A stretch of 34,063 bases of DNA from an uncultured Cytophagia bacterium (GTDB lineage: Bacteria; Zhuqueibacterota; Zhuqueibacteria; Thermofontimicrobiales; Thermofontimicrobiaceae). The stretch is from NCBI GenBank assembly GCA_964571835.1, contig CAZNDR010000001.1, forward strand, positions 1 to 34,063, in the 5' to 3' direction. This document shows, in pieces, positions 18,352 to 26,373 of this stretch. The translations under genes and the position numbers were made by a program. Position 1 is the first letter of the stretch. The number at the start of each line of letters is the position of its first letter. A model generated the notes under the pieces. That model ran no database searches, was not told the origin of the DNA, and saw only the letters and a list, made by a program, of their open reading frames with translations.

Positions 18352-18386
18352 AATGGGTAACCGAAAATGAGTTACCCATTTTTTTA
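18352..18386 (+). terminator. Strong rho-independent terminator immediately after selC
   Basis: A perfect 10-bp stem forms between AATGGGTAAC (18352-18361) and GTTACCCATT (18371-18380) with a 9-nt loop, followed by a T run. Confidence 0.8.
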
Positions 18387-18419
18387 AAGGCACAATCTTG
18401 ATGGGAGAGTTAATGATTT

Positions 18420-18968
18420 ATGCTGAAAAAATTTTCCACGCTTGATGCTGTTTTTATAGTCCTGATGGCTGCTTGTGGATTGGTCATTAAGCCAATCGTT
18501 GGTCCGCTGACCAAAGTAATCGGTTCTGCTTTGTTTCTCTCATCTGGTTCAATAGCCGGCATGATTTATTTTATCTTTCCCCAGTTATCGTTGTTGATCG
18601 TCAGACAATTTGGTGCGGCGCTGTTGACTGGATTAATTCAAGGCATCGTTATTATGATCACCGGCATTTATGGCTCCCATGGTATTTTATCTGTGATTAC
18701 TTATGTTGTTCCCTGTTTTTTTATTGAAGTAACTTATTGGATCATCAGCAGATTCAATAAAGAGTGGCTTTATTTTTTGCCAGGAGCAATGGGCAATTTA
18801 AGCGGAAATTATATCATTGCTCTTTTATTTCTGCATCTGCCGACGGTGCCGTTGGTCGTGACCTTGGTCATTTCCTTTGTTTTAGGTGTTGTCTCTGGCT
18901 ATTTTAGTTTGACATTAAGCAAATGGCTAATCAATTTATTTCCGATTTTTAAAAAGAATTATGCTTGA
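18420..18968 (+). CDS. ECF transporter substrate-capture (S) component, YkoE-like
   Basis: The protein is 182 aa, entirely hydrophobic, with about 6 TM helices. VRQFGAALLTGLIQGIVIMITG resembles IRKPGAALVSEIIAALVECLLG of B. subtilis YkoE (recalled from memory). Gene order S-A-A'-T matches ykoEDC. Confidence 0.55.
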   Translation: MLKKFSTLDAVFIVLMAACGLVIKPIVGPLTKVIGSALFLSSGSIAGMIYFIFPQLSLLIVRQFGAALLTGLIQGIVIMITGIYGSHGILSVITYVVPCFFIEVTYWIISRFNKEWLYFLPGAMGNLSGNYIIALLFLHLPTVPLVVTLVISFVLGVVSGYFSLTLSKWLINLFPIFKKNYA

Positions 18969-19623
18969 AATTAAGAACCTGACCTTTGGCTGGGATAATA
19001 ATACTTTATTTGAAAATCTGTGTGGCGAGATAAAATCATCAGAGATTGTTCGATTAAGCGGCGAGAATGGCGTGGGCAAAACAACTTTGCTTCAGTTGAT
19101 TTCAGGAATGATTCCCCATTTTATACGCGGCGAAATTTTACTCGGTGAAATTGATATCGATGGTAAATCAATTATAAAATATCCACCCAAAGAATTTTTC
19201 CCTGCCATCGCTTATATTCCCAGGGCTAATATAAATTTTTTTTTGCTGACTGATTCGTTGGCTCATGAAATTTTGCTGGCAAGTTCACGCTTGTTCATTT
19301 CGCCAGCAGTGGCAGAGGAAAGGTTTAATGAGTTTTGTCAGTTTTTCCCGGAATTAGAAAGCGTAAAAGAAGCATCTTTTGCTGAATTATCTTTGAATCA
19401 AAAAATAGTGATGATCACTTTTATCTTTTTTTTACAAAATGCCAAGCTCTATCTTTTCGATGAAGCGCTGACTGGCTTTTCAGATTTAGAAATTGCCAAA
19501 TGGTATTCATTCTTTGATGTCTTGAAAGTGCAAGGCAAGTCAATAATTCTGGTCGATCACCACCAGCAATTAAAAAGTCATCTTCCATGGTTGCTAAGCA
19601 AGAAAAAAATCCTCATATCTTGA
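18961..19623 (+). CDS. ECF/ABC transporter ATPase (EcfA-like, diverged)
   Basis: It has Walker A GENGVGKT, a weak signature LSLNQK, Walker B LYLFDEA and an H-loop VDHH. Its ATG overlaps the S-component stop (ATGCTTGA). Confidence 0.75.
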   Translation: MLEIKNLTFGWDNNTLFENLCGEIKSSEIVRLSGENGVGKTTLLQLISGMIPHFIRGEILLGEIDIDGKSIIKYPPKEFFPAIAYIPRANINFFLLTDSLAHEILLASSRLFISPAVAEERFNEFCQFFPELESVKEASFAELSLNQKIVMITFIFFLQNAKLYLFDEALTGFSDLEIAKWYSFFDVLKVQGKSIILVDHHQQLKSHLPWLLSKKKILIS

Positions 19624-20240
19624 GCTGGCTTAACAGGAATTTTCCATCGGGAAAAAACTATTTAGTCGCTCAAAATGATGTAGAGCAAATCAATTTATAT
19701 CTGTATGATTTGCTAATAGCGCCCGAAAATTCAGGTCGAAAACATGTTATTTGGGGTGAGGCGGCTCATCAATTATCATTAATCGGAGATAAACTTGGTT
19801 GGGTGCCTAATCGCTTGCAGGCAGCTTTTCTAGCGGACACGGTCGAAATGGAAATTGCTGAGGCAGATGCTGCCAGGCAAAAACAGATCCAATCTGAAGA
19901 ACAAAATCTGGAAGCGAGTCGCCTTTTGCTGGTCCAATTTGATTTGCTGTATTTAGCTCAAAGAAATCCTTATTTTCTTTCCGAAGGGGAGAGCAAATTA
20001 ATATGGTTTTTGACCCAATGGGCAAAAAAACCGTCATATTTCATCATTGGCTATTTGCCTTTATCCCTTTCTAAAAAGCGGACGAATGAGGTGGTGAATT
20101 TTCTCAAACAGGCAGCAGATAATGATCACAATAAAAGTACCATCATTCTTGGTTATCTTCCTGCACAAATCGATTGGCTTAACGGATTATTGATCAATCA
20201 CAACTGGACGACTATCCGAAGTTTGTCGGCAGATGAATGA
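19587..20240 (+). CDS. Degenerate second ABC ATPase-like subunit (signature retained, Walker A/B lost)
   Basis: It retains LSEGESKLIWFLTQWAKKPSYFIIGY (an LSGGE-like signature), but has no GxxGxGK[ST] and no hhhhDE. It overlaps the upstream ATPase gene by 37 nt in another frame. Its position matches the second half of fused YkoD-type ATPases. Confidence 0.5.
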   Translation: MVAKQEKNPHILSWLNRNFPSGKNYLVAQNDVEQINLYLYDLLIAPENSGRKHVIWGEAAHQLSLIGDKLGWVPNRLQAAFLADTVEMEIAEADAARQKQIQSEEQNLEASRLLLVQFDLLYLAQRNPYFLSEGESKLIWFLTQWAKKPSYFIIGYLPLSLSKKRTNEVVNFLKQAADNDHNKSTIILGYLPAQIDWLNGLLINHNWTTIRSLSADE

Positions 20241-20368
20241 ATTTATTAAAAATCAACCTAAGAGTTTAGCGTGATCAGCATTGCGTGGGCGATTTTATTT
20301 TAATGAAGTCCATGCTTGACCAATCGCTGTTACTTTAGCAGAGCAAATAAAACGAGCGCAGTAAAAAT

Positions 20369-21115
20369 ATGAAGAGGAAGTTCAAAACGACCTATCATTT
20401 TGTCGTAATTTTAGCCGCCGGAATTTCCTCAAGCTATTGGGCGATTGGTACTACTTATATTTTTATGCCTTTGTTTTGGTTAATGTTTTTAGCAATTTGG
20501 GTAGTCACTATCAATTTGAGCGAATTTAATAAATTTGTCAAACGATTCCTGCAAATCGGATCGATGTTGTTGGCGGTTTCTTTGTTTCAAATAATTTTTC
20601 GTCGAACTGGTGTAGTCGTGCTTTCGTTTGAAGGATACCCACTCATTTACTCTAACGGACTTTTAGAAGCAGGCTTACTATGGATTCGTTACATGATTCT
20701 ATTTCTGCTGGCTTACCTATTTGCTCAGGTCCCAATTTTTAACTTTTTCATTTTTTTAAATAAAGTAAGGGTACCAATGCAATTTAGCCTTTTGCTGCTG
20801 ACAACGCTCAATTTTCTGCCTTTTATTTTTCAAGAGCTAAAAAGTGGCTTATGGACGTTGCGATTTCGAGGCTTCGACCTCAAGGCACTAACTGCAAAAG
20901 AAAAATATTATGTGATCAAAAAGCTCTTGAAGCTCATGCTGTTGCGAGGTATCCATTATGTCTCTTATTCATCGTTAGCCTTGGAATTGCGCGGCTATGG
21001 TGTAACTACCTTTGCACAAATTCCCTATTCCTATCCGTTGAAAAAAAGAGATTGTTTATTAATAATTTTAATGCTGTTGGCAAACGTGGCGGGCTTCTTT
21101 TATGTCCTTTATTAA
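20369..21115 (+). CDS. ECF transporter transmembrane (T) component, EcfT/CbiQ family
   Basis: The protein is a 248-aa polytopic membrane protein. It carries a CbiQ-type coupling motif ...SSLALELRGYG... in the C-terminal third. Confidence 0.7.
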   Translation: MKRKFKTTYHFVVILAAGISSSYWAIGTTYIFMPLFWLMFLAIWVVTINLSEFNKFVKRFLQIGSMLLAVSLFQIIFRRTGVVVLSFEGYPLIYSNGLLEAGLLWIRYMILFLLAYLFAQVPIFNFFIFLNKVRVPMQFSLLLLTTLNFLPFIFQELKSGLWTLRFRGFDLKALTAKEKYYVIKKLLKLMLLRGIHYVSYSSLALELRGYGVTTFAQIPYSYPLKKRDCLLIILMLLANVAGFFYVLY

Positions 21116-21190
21116 TGCGACTTGTTATATTGAGCATTCATTCTAAGAACATTGCTTGATATTACCTTTATATTTGAGGTGAGTGAGCTT

Positions 21191-21940
21191 ATGAAAGCGC
21201 TGCAAATTGTTGGACACCATAATTCAGGCAAAACGACTGTCGTCAAAGAACTGGTCAAACGGCTGAAACTGGGCAATAATATAGTGGCGACAATTAAGGA
21301 AATTCATGATCCGACTTTTCAATTGGACACGCTAAATGCCAATTCTCATGTCCATAAGACAGCAGGAGCGGATATGACTATTATTTGCGCTGAAAAAGAG
21401 ACCGATTTTCTTTATTATAAAAAATTGGATTTGATGCAGATGGTCAATAAAATATCTGCCGACTGGCTGCTGGTGGAGGGATTCCACGAATTTCCCCTGC
21501 CCAAAATAGTGTGTGCGAAACAAGAATCAGATGCCAAAAATTTTATTGATGAACGAACGTTAGCAGTCGCTGGATTAATTTCGCATTCAAAAAAGCAACT
21601 GGGCAATTTGCCCGTTTTTAATGCAATCGATCACGATCAGGCTGATCAGTTGTTCGAATTAATTTCCAGCCGCGTTTTTCCAATGTTGCCGTATGTGGAA
21701 GACAAATGCTGCCAGCTATGCGGCTTAACTTGCTCAGAAATGGTCGAGGCAATCGTGCAAGGAAAGAAAAAATTTGATGATTGCTTGATAAACCAACAGG
21801 AGGTCAATTTAAAAATTGGTGATCGAAACATCAAAATTGTGCCTTTTGTTCAAAAGATTTTGAAGAATAATGTTTTAGCTTTGGTTCAAGAACTTGACGG
21901 CTGGGAAAAAGGAAAGACGATCAAAATCAGTATCAACTAA
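21191..21940 (+). CDS. MobB-like P-loop NTPase fused to an RnfB-type putative Fe-S (Cys4) domain
   Basis: The start is ATG 21191, 9 nt after GAGGTGAG (the ORF track begins at TTG 21152). The N-terminus MKALQIVGHHNSGKTTVVKELVKRL has a MobB-like Walker A. The C-terminus LPYVEDKCCQLCGLTCSEMVEAIVQGKKKFDDC follows the LP..C-x2-CG-x2-C...A-I-x-G...C pattern of the RnfB/AcsC N-terminal Fe-S domain. Confidence 0.55.
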   Translation: MKALQIVGHHNSGKTTVVKELVKRLKLGNNIVATIKEIHDPTFQLDTLNANSHVHKTAGADMTIICAEKETDFLYYKKLDLMQMVNKISADWLLVEGFHEFPLPKIVCAKQESDAKNFIDERTLAVAGLISHSKKQLGNLPVFNAIDHDQADQLFELISSRVFPMLPYVEDKCCQLCGLTCSEMVEAIVQGKKKFDDCLINQQEVNLKIGDRNIKIVPFVQKILKNNVLALVQELDGWEKGKTIKISIN

Positions 21941-22076
21941 AGGAATCGTTGTGCATGGAGGCAAATGGTCAATTCCAAATATTTTTGTGCAGTATTCGCA
22001 GTCGAAGAAATGAACTGATTATGTTGTTGAGGCAAAGCTTTTCTACAAAAATTATGCCATCGGCAAAAGTTTGTGC

Positions 22077-22105
22077 TTGACAAAATCACATAATTATTAT
22101 ATATT
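22077..22105 (+). promoter_or_regulatory. sigma70-type promoter (TTGACA-N17-TATATT) about 320 nt upstream of pyrG
   Basis: TTGACA lies at 22077-22082 and TATATT at 22100-22105. It shares TTGAC[T/A]AAATCACA[A/T]AA with the selC promoter. Confidence 0.55.
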
Positions 22106-22314
22106 AATTTCAATTGAGAACACGAAAGATAGACTAATAACAGCACGCAAAATCAATCTGGAGTAATCTATTCAGATAATAGTTGTTCAGAGATTAGCTT
22201 AATGATAAACTAAAAATAATTGGATTGGCTGGTGCATCAAAGCTCCGCCATCGGCAGAAAACGACAAGGCTATTTTTTGCGCGAAAAAAAGAGGCCTCAA
22301 GTTGTTTCGATGTT

Positions 22315-22351
22315 GAAATCAGCAGAAGATCGTTTCATCTGATTTCTTTTC
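22315..22351 (+). terminator. Intrinsic terminator-like hairpin in the pyrG leader (candidate attenuator or sRNA 3' end)
   Basis: GAAATCAG (22315-22322) pairs with CTGATTTC (22339-22346), with extra inner GAA/TTC pairs. It is followed by TTTTC, 72 nt before the pyrG start. Confidence 0.55.
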
Positions 22352-22422
22352 ATAATATTTAATTATTTACACTGAGCAGAGTTAGCCATCAGAGAAGGAA
22401 TTAAGAAGAAAAAGGGAAAACA

Positions 22423-24036
22423 TTGAAATTAAACCATCAGACAAAGTTCATCTTTATAACGGGAGGCGTTGTTTCGTCACTGGGCAAAGGAATTGCCTCG
22501 GCTTCCATTGGCATGCTGTTGCAAGCACGTGGTTTGAAAGTGTCGCTTTTAAAAATGGATCCTTATATAAATGTCGATCCGGGCACGCTGAGCCCCTACC
22601 AGCATGGCGAAGTATTTGTAACTGATGATGGCGCTGAAACAGATCTCGATTTAGGACACTATGAACGATTTTTGGATATTAATTTATCAAAGAAAAATAA
22701 CACAACGACTGGGCAAATATATTACACTGTTATTAATAGGGAGAGAAATGGCGATTATTTGGGAAAGACGGTGCAAGTCATTCCGCATATTACCGATGAG
22801 ATAAAACGGCGCATTATGGATGTCGCTGATAACATTGATATCGTGATCACAGAAGTTGGCGGCACCGTCGGTGATATAGAAAGCCTGCCTTATCTTGAAG
22901 CGATACGTCAATTCCGGTTGGATGTCGGTTCCCAAAATCAACTCAACATTCATTTGACATTGATCCCCTTCATTAAAACTGCTGGCGAGTACAAGACCAA
23001 GCCCACACAACATTCGGTCATGCGCTTGCGCGAAATTGGTATCCAACCTGATATACTATTGTGTCGCACCGAAATTCCACTCGATCTTGATTTAAGAAAA
23101 AAAATCGGTCTTTTTTGCAGCGTGCCTGTAGATTCTGTCATTAGCGCTGATGATGTTCAAACCATCTATGAAGTGCCGCTCATGTTTCGAGATGGTGGAT
23201 TAGATGAAATTATCATCAATAAATTTAATTTGAAGACCAGCAAGCCAAATTTTTCTGGCTGGGAAAAATTTGTATCAAAGGTAAAGAGTCCATCGACAGA
23301 AGTGAAAATTGTGGTTTGTGGCAAATATGTTGAATTAAAAGATTCGTACAAAAGTATTGCCGAATCATTTGTTCATGCCGGCGTTGCCAATGAGGCGCAA
23401 GTAAAACTGGAGTGGGTAGAAGCTGAAGAAATTGAAAAAAAAGGCGCTGAAAAATACCTATCAGGGATGAATGGTTTATTGGTGCCAGGTGGTTTTGGCA
23501 ACCGGGGAAGTGAAGGAAAGGTGAAAGCGATTCAGTATGCCAGGGAGAATAAAATTCCCTTCTTTGGCATTTGTCTTGGGCTGCAATGTGCCGTCATTGA
23601 ATTTGCCCGCCATGTCTGCGGCTTGGATAATGCCAATAGCACTGAGTTCAATGAAAATACACCACATCCGGTTATTGACTTGATGGAGGAACAAAAACGG
23701 ATAAAATCAAAAGGTGGCACCATGCGGCTTGGATCTCAGCCGTGCAAAATCAAAAAAGATAGCCTGGCATTTGAAATTTATAAAATGGACTTGGTCAATG
23801 AACGACATCGGCATCGGTTAGAAGTGAACGAGCGCTATTATGAAATTTTGGAGAAGCATGGCTTGGTTTTCAGTGGCATCAATCCACAGCTTGATTTGGT
23901 GGAAATTATCGAACTACCAAATCATCCGTGGTTCGTCGGGGTGCAGTTTCACCCAGAATTGAAGTCGCGTCCTCTTAAGCCTCAGCCGTTGTTTAGAGAA
24001 TTTGTTCGTGCTGCTATAAAATATGGGAAGAAGTGA
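22423..24036 (+). CDS. pyrG: CTP synthase
   Basis: The TTG-start N-terminus reads [23 protein letters not shown]. The glutaminase domain has [12 protein letters not shown]...[10 protein letters not shown]...VGVQFHPE. The protein is 537 aa. Confidence 0.95.
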   Translation: MKLNHQTKFIFITGGVVSSLGKGIASASIGMLLQARGLKVSLLKMDPYINVDPGTLSPYQHGEVFVTDDGAETDLDLGHYERFLDINLSKKNNTTTGQIYYTVINRERNGDYLGKTVQVIPHITDEIKRRIMDVADNIDIVITEVGGTVGDIESLPYLEAIRQFRLDVGSQNQLNIHLTLIPFIKTAGEYKTKPTQHSVMRLREIGIQPDILLCRTEIPLDLDLRKKIGLFCSVPVDSVISADDVQTIYEVPLMFRDGGLDEIIINKFNLKTSKPNFSGWEKFVSKVKSPSTEVKIVVCGKYVELKDSYKSIAESFVHAGVANEAQVKLEWVEAEEIEKKGAEKYLSGMNGLLVPGGFGNRGSEGKVKAIQYARENKIPFFGICLGLQCAVIEFARHVCGLDNANSTEFNENTPHPVIDLMEEQKRIKSKGGTMRLGSQPCKIKKDSLAFEIYKMDLVNERHRHRLEVNERYYEILEKHGLVFSGINPQLDLVEIIELPNHPWFVGVQFHPELKSRPLKPQPLFREFVRAAIKYGKK

Positions 24037-24045
24037 AGCTGTGCC

Positions 24046-24870
24046 ATGAGAACCGTTAGCATTTCACATATCACCTTTAGTCAAACTTCTCCCTTTGTTC
24101 TAATTGCTGGTCCTTGCGTAATTGAGTCTGAAGCAATTGCCAGTCAAACTGCCGAGCTGATCAAAAGGATCACCGATGAACTTGATATTCCGTTTATTTA
24201 TAAATCTTCCTATAAAAAAGCCAATCGTCAAAGCTTAAATTCTTTTGCGGGTCCGGGATTGAAAAAAGGATTAAAAATATTAGGCAAAATAAAAAATGAA
24301 TTTCAGGTGCCGATCTTAACCGATTTTCACACCGCTGACGAGGCAAAGCCGGTCAGTGAGGTCGTCGATGTGCTACAAATTCCTGCCTTCTTGTGCCGTC
24401 AAACGGATATGGTGGTGGCAGCGGCCAAAACTGGCAAGGTGATCAATATAAAAAAAGGACAATTTATGGCGCCTGAAGATATAAGCGCCATTGCCCAAAA
24501 AGCAGAACAGTTCGGCAACGATCAGCTTTTAATTACCGAGCGCGGTACGACGTTTGGGTATCATAATTTGGTTGTTGATTTTCGTTCCTTAACTATTATC
24601 CAGGCGTTAGGTTATCCGGTTATTTTTGATGCTACCCATAGCTTGCAGCTTCCGGGAGCAAGCGGAGATAAATCTGGCGGTCAGCCACAGTTTATTTTTC
24701 CTTTGGCAAGAGCTGCTGTTGCAGCAGGCTGCCAGGCGATTTTTTTAGAAACCCATCCCTGTGTGGCTGAGGCGTTGTGTGACGCATCGACCATGCTACC
24801 GCTGAAAAATTTGAGAGATCTGCTGGTACAACTGAAACAAATTGATGAGATAAGAAAAAAGTTCGATTAA
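24046..24870 (+). CDS. kdsA: 3-deoxy-8-phosphooctulonate (KDO8P) synthase
   Basis: Motifs include FVLIAGPCVIES...FIYKSSYKKANR.S..SF.GPG...GLKIL, LQIPAFLCRQTD and FDATHS. The protein is 274 aa. Confidence 0.92.
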   Translation: MRTVSISHITFSQTSPFVLIAGPCVIESEAIASQTAELIKRITDELDIPFIYKSSYKKANRQSLNSFAGPGLKKGLKILGKIKNEFQVPILTDFHTADEAKPVSEVVDVLQIPAFLCRQTDMVVAAAKTGKVINIKKGQFMAPEDISAIAQKAEQFGNDQLLITERGTTFGYHNLVVDFRSLTIIQALGYPVIFDATHSLQLPGASGDKSGGQPQFIFPLARAAVAAGCQAIFLETHPCVAEALCDASTMLPLKNLRDLLVQLKQIDEIRKKFD

Positions 24871-24876
24871 TTAGCT

Positions 24877-25392
24877 ATGGAATTGAAGGATAAGATTGCC
24901 AAAATACGATTGATTCTTTTGGATGCAGATGGTGTGCTTACTGACGAAAAGCTTTATTATGACAAGCATGGTGAAGTGATAAAAGCTTTTAATGTCAAAG
25001 ATGGATTGGTAATTAAGTTAGCGCAAGCGGCTGGTTTGGCTGTCGGAATAATTTCTTCGCGCTATTCTGATGCTTTAAAAATGCGAGCCGATGACTTGGG
25101 AGTGGAGGTTGTTTATCAAGCTCAGAAAAATAAGCTCGATGGTTATTTTCAAATAAAAAAGGAGTTGTTTGTTTCCGATGAGCAGATCGCTTACATGGGT
25201 GATGATTTGCCCGATTTGGCGATTCTGAAAAAAGTCGGCTTTAGCATAGCCGTAGCAAACGCTTGCCAGGAAGTCAAACAAAATGTTGATTTTATCACAG
25301 AAAAAACTGGGGGAAACGGTGCTGTGCGCGATGCAATTGAAATGATTTTACGTGCCCAAGGAAAATGGGAACAAGTGATAAATGGATTATGA
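24877..25392 (+). CDS. kdsC: KDO 8-phosphate phosphatase (HAD-IIIA, YrbI family)
   Basis: Motifs include LILLDADGVLTD, FNVKDG, ISSR and AYMGDDLPDL. The protein is 171 aa and lies next to kdsA. Confidence 0.88.
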   Translation: MELKDKIAKIRLILLDADGVLTDEKLYYDKHGEVIKAFNVKDGLVIKLAQAAGLAVGIISSRYSDALKMRADDLGVEVVYQAQKNKLDGYFQIKKELFVSDEQIAYMGDDLPDLAILKKVGFSIAVANACQEVKQNVDFITEKTGGNGAVRDAIEMILRAQGKWEQVINGL

Positions 25393-25484
25393 TTTATAAA
25401 ATATAAAGAAAGCAGTGGATAGTCTGCATCTGCATTATTTGTTAACTAAGCAAATGCAATCATTAATAAAGGATAAAAGTTAGA

Positions 25485-26363
25485 GTGAAGGGCAAAAGTG
25501 AGATGTGGGTAGCCGGAATTTTCCTGGTTTTGATAGCTTGTCCAAAGTTATTGGCTCAACAACAGGAGAAAATGACTTTAGCTGTTTTGGATTTTAAAAA
25601 TAATTGTTCCACGTCGAGATACGATCGCTTGCAACGGGCAATTCCAGAAATGCTCAAGACCGAATTATCTGCCTGTCATGAAATTTCTGTAGTCGAACGA
25701 AACAAAATCGAGAGCATTTTATCGGAGCAAGCTTTGGCGCAGGCTGGTTTTGTCAATGGCGAACAAGCTCAACAAGTCGGACGTTTGGCTGGAGCAGAAT
25801 ACTTAATCACCGGCGAAATCAATACCGTCAATGGACAACTTAGAGTTGATGCCCATTTGATCAAAGTCGCTAGCGGACAGATAATTGGCGAAAAAGTAAC
25901 CGGTAGAAATGACAAACAGATCGATGCCATGATAAGATTATTGGCCAATAATTTTATTCACGAGCTTAGCGGTACTGGAATACGAAAAGAAACGGTTAAA
26001 CTAAAAAATTATCAATCGACCTTGGCGCTGATTACAACTGGCTCTCTGGCTGCATTGACGACTGGTTTTCATATTGCTTATCGATATAACTATGATAAAT
26101 ATCATAAAACGACAGCGCTGAATAAATTTAATTCTTATTATGACCGGGCGAATAAGAATTACCAGGCACGAAACGTGTTTTTTGTTGTTACTGGTTTTTC
26201 AGCCTTGGCAACTTTTTTTCTTTGGCAAAAGGATAATGGCAAAGGCAATAAAATTTATGCCACGCAAGATCAATCTGACCGGCCATTCCTGCTAACTAAC
26301 TTAGCACTGGCCGTATCGACCTGCGGTGACGGCTGTACCGTTTCACTAAACTTTTGCTTTTAA
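25485..26363 (+). CDS. Envelope lipoprotein with a CsgG/LpoB-like N-terminal domain
   Basis: It has a lipobox-like VLIAC. The CsgG-like pattern reads LAVLDFKNN...IPEMLKTELS..HEISVVERNKIESILSEQALAQAGFV...GRLAGAEYLITGEI...LRVDAHLIKVASGQIIGE. The C-terminal half is hydrophobic and ends in Phe. Confidence 0.5.
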   Translation: MKGKSEMWVAGIFLVLIACPKLLAQQQEKMTLAVLDFKNNCSTSRYDRLQRAIPEMLKTELSACHEISVVERNKIESILSEQALAQAGFVNGEQAQQVGRLAGAEYLITGEINTVNGQLRVDAHLIKVASGQIIGEKVTGRNDKQIDAMIRLLANNFIHELSGTGIRKETVKLKNYQSTLALITTGSLAALTTGFHIAYRYNYDKYHKTTALNKFNSYYDRANKNYQARNVFFVVTGFSALATFFLWQKDNGKGNKIYATQDQSDRPFLLTNLALAVSTCGDGCTVSLNFCF

Positions 26364-26373
26364 GGAGTGAAAA

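Noticed and set aside
18202-18393. 63-aa minus-strand ORF
   Set aside because: It lies entirely over the selC tRNA and its terminator, so it is an artefact of the GC-rich tRNA sequence.
20851-21159. 102-aa plus-strand ORF overlapping the end of the EcfT gene
   Set aside because: It is an alternative frame within a well-supported membrane-protein gene, with no independent start signals.
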